This document shows positions 9,589 to 19,420 of a stretch of 47,784 nucleotides of DNA, in pieces. Position 1 is the stretch's first letter, and every line of letters starts with the position of its first letter. A program made the position numbers and the translations under genes. The notes beneath the pieces were generated by a model. It saw only the letters and a list, made by a program, of their open reading frames with translations, made no database searches and was not told the origin of the DNA. The stretch is from Neomoorella mulderi (GTDB lineage Bacteria; Bacillota; DSM-521; Neomoorellales; Neomoorellaceae), in contig DRZV01000093.1 of assembly GCA_011375465.1 (NCBI GenBank), positions 1 to 47,784 of the forward strand, in the 5' to 3' direction.

Positions 9589-9637
9589 CCTATCAGATTT
9601 ATCCGTAGTATAATCTGATAGGGCTCTTTGTTTTTCT
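9589..9637 (+). terminator. Rho-independent terminator after rnpB
   Basis: 11-bp stem cctatcagatt / aatctgatagg followed by ctctttgttttt. Confidence 0.7.
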
Positions 9638-9668
9638 ATAGAAACTTTTTTGGAGGAAGGGAAAGGGC

Positions 9669-10934
9669 ATGAGCCATAGCGAACCGAATTGCCTGGATAT
9701 GGCCCGGGGTCAGCTCCTCAAAGCGGCGGAGAAACTGGCCCTGCCCCAAGAGGTCTGCGAAATTTTAAGCCAGCCCATGAGGGTGGTCCGGGTATCTTTC
9801 CCTGTGGAGATGGATGACGGCAGGATCAGGGTATTCATAGGGTACCGGTCCCAACACAACAACGCCCTGGGCCCTTTCAAGGGGGGGATACGTTTCCACC
9901 CCCAAGTCACCATGGAAGAGGTGATAGCCCTATCCATGTGGATGACCTTTAAGTGCGCAGTGGTGGGCCTGCCCTACGGGGGAGGCAAGGGAGGGGTGGT
10001 CTGCGATCCCAGGGAACTATCCCCAGGGGAATTGGAGCGCCTAAGCCGGGGGTACATAAGGGCCATAGCCCCCTTTATCGGCCCTCATAAGGATATACCC
10101 GCTCCTGACGTATATACCAACCCCCAAATAATGGCCTGGATGATGGACGAATTCAGCCGGCTTAAAGGTTATAACGCCTTTGGCGTCATTACCGGCAAAC
10201 CCTTGTCCCTGGGAGGATCCCTGGGGAGAAAGGAAGCCACGGCCCGGGGTTGCTTTATCACCATCAGGGAGATGGCCAAAGCCCTGGGGCTTCCTTTGAA
10301 GGGGGCCAGGGTGGCCATTCAGGGATTTGGCAACGCGGGCAGCATTGTGGCCAAGTTGCTGGCAGGGGAAGGGGCTTCTGTTATAGCGGTGGTGGACAGC
10401 AAGGGAGGAGCTTACAATCCAGAAGGGTTGGATCCCTGGAAGCTGGCGGAATATAAAGCCAGCACCGGCACGGTGGGAGGTTTTCCCCATTCAAAGGCCA
10501 TAGATTCCCAGCAGCTCTTAACCCTGGATTGCGACATTTTAATCCCGGCGGCCCTGGAAAACCAAATTACAGGGGTTATAGCTTCTGAGGTTAAAGCCAG
10601 GATAATAGCTGAGGCTGCCAATGGACCCACCACCCTGGAGGCCGACCGGGTTTTACAGCAAAAGGGTGTCAAGGTTATTCCCGATATACTGGCCAACGCT
10701 GGGGGCGTTACCGTATCTTACTTCGAATGGGTCCAGAATAACACCGGACATTATTGGCCTGAGGAGGAAGTAAATTGCCGGCTGGAGCAGGTCATGGTAA
10801 GGGCCTTCAGGGAAACTTACGAGATGCACCTGGAACAAGGGGTAGACATGAGGATGGCGGCCTATATGGTGGCTTTACGCCGGCTTTATGAAGCCATGCG
10901 CCTCAGGGGCTGGTTAGGAACAGAGGAGCGGTGA
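9669..10934 (+). CDS. gdhA: Glutamate dehydrogenase (Glu/Leu/Phe/Val dehydrogenase family)
   Basis: [20 protein letters not shown], and the Rossmann motif IQGFGNAGS. Confidence 0.9.
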   Translation: MSHSEPNCLDMARGQLLKAAEKLALPQEVCEILSQPMRVVRVSFPVEMDDGRIRVFIGYRSQHNNALGPFKGGIRFHPQVTMEEVIALSMWMTFKCAVVGLPYGGGKGGVVCDPRELSPGELERLSRGYIRAIAPFIGPHKDIPAPDVYTNPQIMAWMMDEFSRLKGYNAFGVITGKPLSLGGSLGRKEATARGCFITIREMAKALGLPLKGARVAIQGFGNAGSIVAKLLAGEGASVIAVVDSKGGAYNPEGLDPWKLAEYKASTGTVGGFPHSKAIDSQQLLTLDCDILIPAALENQITGVIASEVKARIIAEAANGPTTLEADRVLQQKGVKVIPDILANAGGVTVSYFEWVQNNTGHYWPEEEVNCRLEQVMVRAFRETYEMHLEQGVDMRMAAYMVALRRLYEAMRLRGWLGTEER

Positions 10935-11995
10935 GAAATTTGACCCTCAAACCCCCATCTCCCCTCTGCTGGCGGGGGGATCACCTGGAGATAATCGATC
11001 AGACCCGCCTCCCCGGGGAATTGGTGTACCTCCAGTTGCATACCCTGGAGGAAGTGGTGGAGGCCATAAAAAACCTCCGGGTAAGGGGGGCCCCGGCAAT
11101 AGGTATAGCCGCAGCTTTTGGGCTATACCTGGGGATCAGGGAATCCAGGGCCGCCACCAGGGAAGCCTTTTTACAAGAACTGGAAGAAAAGATCCAGCTT
11201 CTGACCTCCACCAGGCCCACTGCCGTGAACCTGTTCTGGGCTTTGGACAGGATAAAAAACCGTGCCAGGGTTTGGGGAGAAGATCCGCCGGGGCTTAAGG
11301 AATTGATCTTGCGGGAGGCTCAGGCTATATTCCAGGAGGAGGAAGACCGCTGCCGGAAAATAGGGGAAGAGGGGGCAGCCCTCCTGGAAGGGGTCCGGGC
11401 AGTGCTGACCTACTGTAATGCCGGCACTTTGGCCACCGCCCGTTATGGCACTGCCTTAGCCCCCATATATTTCCTGGCGGAGAGGGGGAGGCTTCTGCGG
11501 GTTTTTGTATGTGAAACCCGCCCCCTGTTGCAGGGGGTCAGGCTTACCGCCTGGGAACTGTCCCAGGCGGGTATCCCGGTAACCCTCATCACCGACAACA
11601 TGGCTCCTACGGTGATGGCCAGAGGGTGGGTTGAGGCGGTTATAGTGGGGGCGGACAGGATAGTGGCCAACGGGGATACGGCCAATAAGATCGGCACTTA
11701 CGGACTGGCGATCTTGGCCCGGGAACACGGGCTCTCCTTCTATGTGGCTGCCCCCACCAGCAGCTTTGATTTGACCTTGGAGGAAGGCCACCAGATACCC
11801 ATAGAGGAGAGGGATCCCCGGGAAGTCACCCACTTGGGAGGTGTGGCCCTGGCTCCCCAAGGGGTAGAGGTCTTCAATCCCGCCTTCGATGTGACTCCCC
11901 ACAGGTATATAACCGCCTTTATCACCGAGAAGGGGCCCATCTATCCCCCTTTTTCCCAAAATATAAAGGCAAGGCTGTTGAGGGAGAGGAGCTAA
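10931..11995 (+). CDS. mtnA: S-methyl-5-thioribose-1-phosphate isomerase
   Basis: eIF-2B-related family: [58 protein letters not shown]. The GTG start overlaps the gdh stop (GTGA). Confidence 0.85.
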   Translation: MRNLTLKPPSPLCWRGDHLEIIDQTRLPGELVYLQLHTLEEVVEAIKNLRVRGAPAIGIAAAFGLYLGIRESRAATREAFLQELEEKIQLLTSTRPTAVNLFWALDRIKNRARVWGEDPPGLKELILREAQAIFQEEEDRCRKIGEEGAALLEGVRAVLTYCNAGTLATARYGTALAPIYFLAERGRLLRVFVCETRPLLQGVRLTAWELSQAGIPVTLITDNMAPTVMARGWVEAVIVGADRIVANGDTANKIGTYGLAILAREHGLSFYVAAPTSSFDLTLEEGHQIPIEERDPREVTHLGGVALAPQGVEVFNPAFDVTPHRYITAFITEKGPIYPPFSQNIKARLLRERS

Positions 11996-12000
11996 AGGGC

Positions 12001-12633
12001 TTGACTGGGTACTGCCGAGATATTATCGAAGCGGGCAGGCGGCTTTACCTCCGGGGTCTGGTGGCCGGGAGGGAGGGCAACATAAGTGTGAGGCTCCCCC
12101 AGGGCCACATCCTTATCACCCCCAGGGGCTTGAGCAAAGGTTTTTTACAAGAAGGGGATCTGGTAATAATCGACACCGAGGGCCGGGTGGTTTCTGGAGA
12201 CAGGGAGCCTTCCTCGGAGTGGAGGATGCATGTGGCAGCTTACAGATATCGGCCCGACGTGGGGGCGGTGGTCCACGCCCATCCTCCCTTGGCCACGGCC
12301 TTCAGCGTGGCCAGGGGGAAGCTGCCCTTGGAGGGCCTGCCTGAAGTGCTCTTGGTTATGGGGCCAGTGGCTTCAGTCCCCTATGCCCCTCCCGGAACGG
12401 AAGAGCTGGCCCAAAAATTGTTGCCCTTTTGGAAAAGACACGACGCTTTTCTCCTGTGCAACCACGGTGCTTTAACCCTGGGTAAAGATCTGGAGGAAGC
12501 CCTCTACCGTATGGAGGTCTTAGAACAATGTGCCTCTATTATGTTTTATGCTTCCCTGTTACAAAGGATATGTCCCCTGGAGGAAAGGGAGAAACTCAAA
12601 GGTGGGGGGGATGAGGGATGCGCATCGCCATAA
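12001..12633 (+). CDS. Class II aldolase/adducin-family protein (MtnB or Ald2-like)
   Basis: GREGNISVRL, ITPRG, PSSEWRMH, VVHAHPP and NHGALTLG motifs of the fuculose-phosphate aldolase fold. It sits between mtnA and mtnP. Confidence 0.7.
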   Translation: MTGYCRDIIEAGRRLYLRGLVAGREGNISVRLPQGHILITPRGLSKGFLQEGDLVIIDTEGRVVSGDREPSSEWRMHVAAYRYRPDVGAVVHAHPPLATAFSVARGKLPLEGLPEVLLVMGPVASVPYAPPGTEELAQKLLPFWKRHDAFLLCNHGALTLGKDLEEALYRMEVLEQCASIMFYASLLQRICPLEEREKLKGGGDEGCASP

Positions 12634-13430
12634 TCGGAGGTTCGGGAATTTACGAGCCGGGGATTTTGAGCCAGGTGAGGGAGGAACGGGTGGTCACCCC
12701 TTATGGGATAGCGGTATTAAAAGTGGGGACCTACCAGGGTGAGGAGATAGGATTTATGCCCAGGCACGGGGAGCAGCACACCCTTCCCCCCCACAGGGTC
12801 AACTACCAGGCCAATATTTGGGCTCTAAAAACCCTTAAGGTGGAGAGGGTAATAGCCACCGGCGCGGTGGGCGCGTTGAATCCCCGCTTTGAACCCGGCC
12901 ACCTGGTCATAGTGGACGATTTTTTGGATTTCACCAAGAGGAGGACCTACACCTTCTTCGAAGGTGGGGAAACAGGGGTGGTCCACACCGACTTCAGCAT
13001 TCCCTATTGTCCCGAGCTGCGGCGCCTGCTCTTGGAAGCTGCCCGGGAGCTGGGTATGGTGGCCCACGATGGAGGTGTATATGCCTGCACCGAGGGTCCC
13101 CGGTTTGAAACTCCGGCTGAGATAAGGATGATACGCCAGCTGGGAGGAGATCTGGTGGGTATGACCAACGTCCCGGAGGTGGTACTGGCCCGGGAGCTGG
13201 GGCTCTGCTATTCCCTGGTAGCCATGGTCACCAATATGGCTGCGGGCATAGCCAAGCATACCCTGAGCCATGAAGAGGTCCTACAGGTGATGGCCGCCAA
13301 TAGGGAGAAGCTCCGTCGTTTGATAATGCACACCCTTCCCCGGATACCCAAGAAGAGGGATTGTCCCTGCAGCCATACCCCCGCCAGGGTGGAAGTAAGG
13401 CCCCGTTGGGAAGGAGAGAGGCAGCCATGA
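12618..13430 (+). CDS. mtnP: S-methyl-5'-thioadenosine phosphorylase
   Basis: IAIIGGSG, the FMPRHG..H..PPH.VNY.ANIWAL motif, [11 protein letters not shown], and GGD.VGMT..PE..LARE. Confidence 0.85.
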   Translation: MRIAIIGGSGIYEPGILSQVREERVVTPYGIAVLKVGTYQGEEIGFMPRHGEQHTLPPHRVNYQANIWALKTLKVERVIATGAVGALNPRFEPGHLVIVDDFLDFTKRRTYTFFEGGETGVVHTDFSIPYCPELRRLLLEAARELGMVAHDGGVYACTEGPRFETPAEIRMIRQLGGDLVGMTNVPEVVLARELGLCYSLVAMVTNMAAGIAKHTLSHEEVLQVMAANREKLRRLIMHTLPRIPKKRDCPCSHTPARVEVRPRWEGERQP

Positions 13431-14680
13431 GCGATTCCACCACATCCCGCCCAGAACCAGCCCTTTCAGGCTTGCAGAAAATCTACTGGGCGGAAAGGCA
13501 TATGCCTGTTCTAAACCGCTTGCGAGAAGAGCTGGAAAAAAGTCAGCCCTTTAAAGACAGAAGGATAGGCATATGTCTCCACCTGGAGGCCAAAACCGCT
13601 TTTTTGGCTTTGGTCTTAAAGGCCGGGGGTGCGGAGGTGGCCATCTGCGGTTCCAATCCCCTTACCACCCAGGACGATGTGGCTGCTGGATTGGCCAGCC
13701 TGGGGGTGAAAGTATTCGCCCGCAGGGGGGCCAGCGCGGAAGAATACAGGCATTACCTCCACAGAGTGCTGGACATCTGCCCCCACCTCCTCATCGACGA
13801 TGGGGGGGACCTGGTGAGCGCGGTGCACGGGGAGAGGCGGGAACTGATAGGGCATATCATAGGGGGAGCAGAGGAGACCACCACCGGGGTTAGAAGGCTA
13901 AGGGCTATGGAAAGGGAAGGGGTCCTGGGTTTTCCCATGGTGGCGGTCAACAATGCCTGTTGCAAGTATCTCTTCGATAACCGCTACGGGACGGGACAAT
14001 CCACCTGGGATGGCATAATGAGGGCTACCAATTTGAGCATAGCAGGTAAGAGGGTGGTGGTGGCCGGGTTCGGATGGTGCGGCAAAGGTATCGCCCAGAG
14101 GGCCAGGGGTTTAGGCGCCAGGGTAATAGTGACCGAGGTGGACCCCATCAGGGCCAATGAAGCCCTGATGGAAGGATACGAAGTGATGCCCATGGCAGAA
14201 GCCGCCCTTTTGGGGGACATATTCATAACAGCCACCGGATGTGCAGGGGTTATAGGGGAGAAACATTTTAAATCCATGAAAGATGGGGCGCTTTTGGCCA
14301 ATGCCGGCCACTTCGATGTGGAGGTGGACGTGGCCGCTCTGCGCCGGCTGGCCCGGGAAGTCAGAAGGGTCAGGGAGGGGGTGGAGGAATTTCTCCTGGA
14401 AGGGGGGAAAAGGCTCTATCTTCTGGCAGAAGGGCGGCTGGTGAACATAGCGGCTGCTGACGGACATCCTGTGGAGATCATGGATCTTTCCTTTGCCCTT
14501 CAGACCCTTTCCCTGGAATACCTGTTGCAGCAGGAGGGAAAACTGAAGCCAGGGCTCTACCCTGTTCCCCTGGAGGTGGACTGCCGAGTAGCCCAGCTAC
14601 GGCTGGAGGCCTTGGGGGTCAGGATCGACGAGCTTACCCAGGAGCAAAAAGAATATCTTTCCAGCTGGCAGATCACCTAA
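13427..14680 (+). CDS. ahcY: Adenosylhomocysteinase
   Basis: [34 protein letters not shown], the NAD motif [10 protein letters not shown], and GHFDVE. The ATG at 13427 has RBS aaggagagag and overlaps the mtnP stop (ATGA). The ORF-track start at 13361 lies inside mtnP. Confidence 0.92.
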   Translation: MSDSTTSRPEPALSGLQKIYWAERHMPVLNRLREELEKSQPFKDRRIGICLHLEAKTAFLALVLKAGGAEVAICGSNPLTTQDDVAAGLASLGVKVFARRGASAEEYRHYLHRVLDICPHLLIDDGGDLVSAVHGERRELIGHIIGGAEETTTGVRRLRAMEREGVLGFPMVAVNNACCKYLFDNRYGTGQSTWDGIMRATNLSIAGKRVVVAGFGWCGKGIAQRARGLGARVIVTEVDPIRANEALMEGYEVMPMAEAALLGDIFITATGCAGVIGEKHFKSMKDGALLANAGHFDVEVDVAALRRLAREVRRVREGVEEFLLEGGKRLYLLAEGRLVNIAAADGHPVEIMDLSFALQTLSLEYLLQQEGKLKPGLYPVPLEVDCRVAQLRLEALGVRIDELTQEQKEYLSSWQIT

Positions 14681-15591
14681 GGGCGTTCTCCATAAAGGTC
14701 AACCGGCAGCGGCCAGCATCCAGGCATGCCTTTATCCCCAAAGGCAAGGTGGCCTGTAGCAGAGAGTGGCCTGCAGGCAAGCCGTAACAGGAAGGTTTGC
14801 CCTTTAAATAATGGTAAAGGACATCTGGTGCCTGGGGGCACCTGGAGAAGAGGCCACAGGCAAAGCCAGAGGCGTGATCTAGCTTGCCCGCCAATTTCAA
14901 CTGGGCCAACATGCGATCCAGGCGGTAGGCGGGCTCCCCTATTTCTTCTAGAAAGAGGATTTTGTTCCGGGTATCTATTTCAAAAGGGGTGCTCAGGGTG
15001 GCCACCACCAGGGACAGGTTGCCTCCCACCGGAGGCCCTTTTGCCTCACCGGGGTGGAGGCAGATGGGGGGGGAGGCAGTTCCGGAGGTGGGAACAGGGT
15101 CCCCAAAGGAGCATTGCAGCTCGAGGCTTGAAAGAAGCCTTTTTCCGTATAAAGGGGCAGTTGGGGAGCCCCCAGCTCGGGACAGACCATTGGGCCGTGG
15201 AAAGTCACCAGGCCCAGGGTTTTATATAAGGCCAGCAGTAGAGCTGTTACGTCGCTGTAGCCGATGAATATCTTGGGGCGGTTCCTCAAAAGGGAAAGAT
15301 CCAGATGGGGGAGCAGGCGCAGGCTGCCGTAACCCCCCCTCAGGGCTATAAGGGCCTTTACCCTGGAGTCCAGCACGAAATTGTGGAAATCTTCAGCGGC
15401 CAGCTCTTCCCGCAGATGGCCTTTGGCTTCGCCCACCGATCTGCCCAGCATTACTTTAAAGCCCAACCGGGTCAGGAGCAGCTGGGCCCTTTTCAAGTAA
15501 CCGGCATCCTCCAGGGGGGGCTGGCCGGGGCCCATATGGCCACCGTATCCCCCGGGTTTAGAGCCCGGGCCTTCAGAGGGGAAAAGCCCAT
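14673..15591 (-). pseudogene. ldcA: LD-carboxypeptidase (peptidase S66, LdcA-like) with two frameshifts
   Basis: Three consecutive frames carry the family in order: MGFSPLKARALNPGDTVAIWAPASP, then PLEDAGYLKRAQ...FIGYSDVTALL..., then ICLHPGEAKGPPVGGNLSLVVATL.... The frame changes fall at a G7 run (15524-15530) and a G8 run (15066-15073). The span is 919 nt (3n+1). Confidence 0.7.
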
Positions 15592-15690
15592 TTTCCCACC
15601 CCTTTTCTTGGATATGGCCTGAGGGGCCATTTTATTACCCTTTCTTGACACGAACAGAGGACTTGCTTATCATAAACTCTGAATAAGGAA

Positions 15691-16602
15691 ATGGGGAGGG
15701 GGATCGGCTTGCCGAGGGAAATCAAGCCCGATTGGGGTCTCACCTGCAGGATGTTCCTTACCCTCTTCTTGCTGGCAGCCCTCTACCTGTTTTTCATAGC
15801 CGTACTGTGGCAGGCTGGGGTAAGCCTTACGGGGATTATGTTGGTGGTGGGGCTGATGCTGGGGTTCCAGTATTACTTTTCTGATCGTCTGGTCCTCTGG
15901 TCCACGGGAGCCAGGGAGGTATCCCGGGAAGAGGCTCCCCAGTTGCACCTCATGGTGGAGCGCCTGGCCGCCAGGGCAGGGATACCCAAACCCCGGGTGG
16001 CCATAGTCCCCACCGACATACCCAATGCCTTTGCCACCGGCCGTAGCCCTTCCCAAGCGGTGGTGGCGGTCACCACTGGCCTTTTGGAACTCCTGACGCC
16101 CGAAGAAGTGGAAGCGGTGTTGGGGCATGAGATAACCCACATAAAAAATAAAGACGTGGCGGTTCTGACCGTTGCCAGCTTTTTCGCCACGGTGGCCTCC
16201 TTCATAGTCCAGAATTTCTTCTTCTGGGGAGGGGGATTTCTGGATACCCGGGATAGGGAAGACAGGGGAGGGGGGTTGATGTTGGTCTATCTGGTATCCC
16301 TCTTGGTATGGGTGGTGAGCTTTTTCCTCATCCGGGCCCTGTCCCGCTACCGGGAATTTGCCGCAGACAGGGGTTCTGCCATATTGACGGGCTCTCCCGG
16401 GCATCTGGCCTCAGCCCTGATAAAGATAAGCGGAGCCATGGGGCGGGTACCTGAAAGAGAACTACAGGAAATGGAAACGCTCAACGCCTTTTTCATCATA
16501 CCGGCCCTGCGGAAGGGCAGCCTTATGGAACTGTTCTCCACCCACCCTTCTCTGGAGAGGCGGCTGGCCTACCTCAAGCGTTTAGCTCGGGAATTGAAAT
16601 AA
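15691..16602 (+). CDS. htpX: Zinc metalloprotease HtpX (peptidase M48)
   Basis: Transmembrane N-terminus, PNAFATG, HEITHIKNKD zinc motif, REF.AD..GA and STHPS...R. Confidence 0.9.
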   Translation: MGRGIGLPREIKPDWGLTCRMFLTLFLLAALYLFFIAVLWQAGVSLTGIMLVVGLMLGFQYYFSDRLVLWSTGAREVSREEAPQLHLMVERLAARAGIPKPRVAIVPTDIPNAFATGRSPSQAVVAVTTGLLELLTPEEVEAVLGHEITHIKNKDVAVLTVASFFATVASFIVQNFFFWGGGFLDTRDREDRGGGLMLVYLVSLLVWVVSFFLIRALSRYREFAADRGSAILTGSPGHLASALIKISGAMGRVPERELQEMETLNAFFIIPALRKGSLMELFSTHPSLERRLAYLKRLARELK

Positions 16603-16622
16603 ATAAAAAATCTGGAGCTTGC

Positions 16623-17231
16623 TCAAGCCCGGCACTGGCGGTACAGATAGAGGGCTATCAGGATGAGAATCCCTGCTATTATAAAAAGGTCAAACCGGTG
16701 GAAGTAGGGGCTCAAGGTATCCCAGTTTTCTCCCAACTGATGCCCGATGTAAACGAAGAGCACAGACCAGGGCAGGGAGCCCAGGAAAGTGTAAAGGATG
16801 AAGCGGCCGAAGGGCATGGCGGCTATACCCGCGGGCAAGGAGATGAAGGTGCGGATCACTGGCATGAGCCGGGTAAAAAATACCGTGGCTTCCCCGTAGC
16901 GCTGAAACCAGTCGTCTGCCCAGGCCAATTCCCTTTGGGAGATCAATATATAACGGCCGTATCTTTCCAAGAGGGGACGGCCTCCCTTGAGCCCTATCCA
17001 ATAAGCGGTTGCGGACCCAACAGTACCTCCCAAGGTTCCGGCCAGGACTGTACCCCAGAAATCCAGGGCCCCTATGCTGACCAGATAGCCCCCGAAGGGC
17101 AATATCACTTCGCTGGGTATGGGTATGCAGGCGCTCTCCAGGGCCATCCCTATGGCTATCCCCCAGTACCCCCAGCTGGCTAAAATATTTACCAAATAAT
17201 TCCACAGAGGCTGAAGCCACGATCCCAACAT
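16623..17231 (-). CDS. DedA-family membrane protein
   Basis: ALESACIPIPSEVILPFGGYL and F.RLMPV.RTFISLPAG motifs. I place the start at ATG 17231 (MLGSWLQ...) after RBS gaggagg. The 75 extra N-terminal residues in the ORF track look non-coding. Confidence 0.8.
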   Translation of the reverse strand: MLGSWLQPLWNYLVNILASWGYWGIAIGMALESACIPIPSEVILPFGGYLVSIGALDFWGTVLAGTLGGTVGSATAYWIGLKGGRPLLERYGRYILISQRELAWADDWFQRYGEATVFFTRLMPVIRTFISLPAGIAAMPFGRFILYTFLGSLPWSVLFVYIGHQLGENWDTLSPYFHRFDLFIIAGILILIALYLYRQCRA

Positions 17232-17300
17232 TTCTAACCTCCTCTTTAAAGTCCTATCCATTATATCAGAGGGGGAGAAAAAATAGAAGCAAGTGAATCT

Positions 17301-17864
17301 ATGGAAAACGTCTATTTTACCGTTGCCCGGGAAACGGCTGTGGAGATAAAGGTGGAGCGCTCCCGCTTTATAGCTTTTGCCCGGGAGGTCAAAGACGAGG
17401 AGGAGGCCAGAAGTTTTATCTCCCGGATACAGGAGGAGCACCGCCAGGCTACCCATATCTGTTTTGCCTACCGGATAGGGCAGGGTAAAGGTGAGAGGGT
17501 GTATTACAGCGATGCCGGGGAACCCAGCGGCACAGCAGGCAGGCCTATCCTGGGGGCCATATGCAGTTTGGGTCTTACCAATGTGGCGGTGGTGGTGGTC
17601 CGCTATTTCGGAGGGAAGAAGCTGGGGATAAGGGGTCTCATAGAAGCCTACGGCACCGCCGCCCGCAGGGCTTTGGAAGAAGGGGGAAAGGTGCAGCGCC
17701 TACCCACCAGGGAGGTGGAATTCCACTGCGATTATGCAGAACTGAACCGGCTGCTGCACCACATCCGCAGCCATGGGGGAGAGGTGCTGGAGGCTGTCTA
17801 CGGAGAGAAGGTTTACCTCAGGGCTGCCTTGCCCCTCCAGGCTCCGCCCTTTCCGGGAACCTAA
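17301..17864 (+). CDS. yigZ: YigZ/IMPACT-family protein (UPF0029)
   Basis: IKVERSRFIAFA, ATHICFAYR, DAGEPSGTAGRPIL and VVVVRYFGG.KLG motifs. Confidence 0.8.
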   Translation: MENVYFTVARETAVEIKVERSRFIAFAREVKDEEEARSFISRIQEEHRQATHICFAYRIGQGKGERVYYSDAGEPSGTAGRPILGAICSLGLTNVAVVVVRYFGGKKLGIRGLIEAYGTAARRALEEGGKVQRLPTREVEFHCDYAELNRLLHHIRSHGGEVLEAVYGEKVYLRAALPLQAPPFPGT

Positions 17865-19108
17865 GATTTCAGATGGCGCCAGAGGAGATAGAGGGCGTAT
17901 TGAGAGGCGTGCCATTTTATGTTTTCCCTGTCTCCCACAAAATTCCTCTTCTCCACCTGAACCTTTCCCTGGCAATCTATCCCCATGTATACCAAACCCA
18001 CTGGCTTTTCTTCCGTACCCCCGGTGGGTCCGGCTATACCGGTTATGCCTATGCCCACGTGGGCGGAGAATTTTTCCCGCATCCCCTTGGCCATAGCCTC
18101 CGCCACCTGGGGGCTTACGGCTCCGTAGATCTGGATCAGCTCCAAAGGCACTCCCAGAAATTTTATTTTAACCTCATTGCTGTAAGCCACTATCCCTCCC
18201 AGGAAATAATCGGAGCTTCCGGGCACGTTGGTTATCCTGTGGCCCAGCAATCCTCCGGTACAGGACTCGGCGGTGGCCAAGGTCATCCCCTTTTCCCGCA
18301 AGAGCTTTCCCACCGCTTCTTCTAAAGTGTCCTGATCGTAGCCGAAAATATGATCCTTCAGGCGCTGGTGTATTATCTCTTCCAAGGGGGCGAACAGCCT
18401 GCGGGCCTCCTCATGATCCGAAGCCCTGGCGGTGAGCTTTATGTGGACCTCCCCTTTGGTAACCAGGGTGACCACAGCGGGGTTGCAGCTCTGGAGGAGC
18501 TCCCCTAAAGCCGAGGCCACAGCGGCCTCGGGCAGACCCATGACCTTGATGATGCGGGAAGTTATTACAGCCCTTTTCTCCCCTCTGGCCTGGAGGAGCT
18601 TGTTCAGCCGGGGCAGGAGCTCCTCCTTCACCACGGCTGCGAACTCCTGGGAAGGTCCTGGCAGCAGCACATATATCTTACCTTCATGTTCTAAATAGGC
18701 TCCCGAGGCTGCCCCCACAGGATTGGGAAGGGCCTCGGCTCCCCGGGGGAGCAGGGCCTGTTTGTAAACCCGGGGAGAGGGTTTTGTACCCCGGCGCCAG
18801 GAGTACGATTCAAGGTTTTCCCTGGCCTCGAGGTTTTCCACCAAGGGGAGCCCCAGGGTTTGGGCCAAGGCCTCCCGGGAGAGGTCGTCTTCGGTGGGTC
18901 CCAATCCCCCTCCTATTATGATAAGGTCTGCCCTTAAGCTGGCTTCCCTTATGGCTTCCCTTATGCTCTCCAAATCGTCGCCTACCACCACCTGGCGGGA
19001 AAGCTCTATCCCCAGATCCGCCAACTCCCGGGCTAAAAAGGCCCCGTTGGTATTGATCAGATGGCCCAAAAGCAGCTCTGTGCCGGTAAAAATAACTTCT
19101 GCCCTCAT
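17861..19108 (-). CDS. cinA: CinA: MoCF-binding domain plus nicotinamide-nucleotide amidohydrolase (PncC) domain
   Basis: MRAEVIFTGTELLLG..INTN, GGLGPTEDD, and C-terminal ATAESCTGGL...VSPQVAEAMA.G. Its stop overlaps the yigZ stop. Confidence 0.9.
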   Translation of the reverse strand: MRAEVIFTGTELLLGHLINTNGAFLARELADLGIELSRQVVVGDDLESIREAIREASLRADLIIIGGGLGPTEDDLSREALAQTLGLPLVENLEARENLESYSWRRGTKPSPRVYKQALLPRGAEALPNPVGAASGAYLEHEGKIYVLLPGPSQEFAAVVKEELLPRLNKLLQARGEKRAVITSRIIKVMGLPEAAVASALGELLQSCNPAVVTLVTKGEVHIKLTARASDHEEARRLFAPLEEIIHQRLKDHIFGYDQDTLEEAVGKLLREKGMTLATAESCTGGLLGHRITNVPGSSDYFLGGIVAYSNEVKIKFLGVPLELIQIYGAVSPQVAEAMAKGMREKFSAHVGIGITGIAGPTGGTEEKPVGLVYMGIDCQGKVQVEKRNFVGDRENIKWHASQYALYLLWRHLKS

Positions 19109-19147
19109 GGTGGCCCCAAAAGAGAAAGCGCCCTCCAGCGCTTTCCC

Positions 19148-19273
19148 CTAGGGTATCATTCCCCTTTCTACATTGTGAGGTGGGTGGCTGGCTCCTAAAC
19201 TGTTGACTGCGGTCACCACGATACCCAGCAGAAGCCAGCCCAAAAGCAACAGGACAGCTTGCCATCTTTTCAT
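19148..19273 (-). CDS. Possible 41-aa membrane peptide upstream of cinA
   Basis: MKRWQAVLLLLGWLLLGIVVTAVNSLGASHPPHNVERGMIP has one hydrophobic helix. It ends 40 nt before the cinA start. The RBS is weak (gggcggga). The longer 83-aa ORF-track version has no support. Confidence 0.25.
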   Translation of the reverse strand: MKRWQAVLLLLGWLLLGIVVTAVNSLGASHPPHNVERGMIP

Positions 19274-19330
19274 GCCCATCCCGCCCTTGTCCTTTACGGC
19301 TATTCTAAGTATAACAGAGCCTCTATCCCA

Positions 19331-19360
19331 TTGCAATCTCTTAACCTCCAGCGTTATAAT
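19331..19360 (+). promoter_or_regulatory. Sigma-A-type promoter for htrA
   Basis: TTGCAA (19331-19336), an 18-nt spacer, and TATAAT (19355-19360), about 60 nt upstream of the GTG start. Confidence 0.5.
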
Positions 19361-19420
19361 CAAAAAAGGAAAGGGCTGGGAACTTTCCAGCCCCTCCATT
19401 CAATTCGGGGGTGATATGGG

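Noticed and set aside
13361-13426. Upstream extension of the ahcY ORF (439 aa)
   Set aside because: The extension lies inside mtnP and has no AhcY similarity. The ATG at 13427 has an RBS and an ATGA overlap with the mtnP stop.
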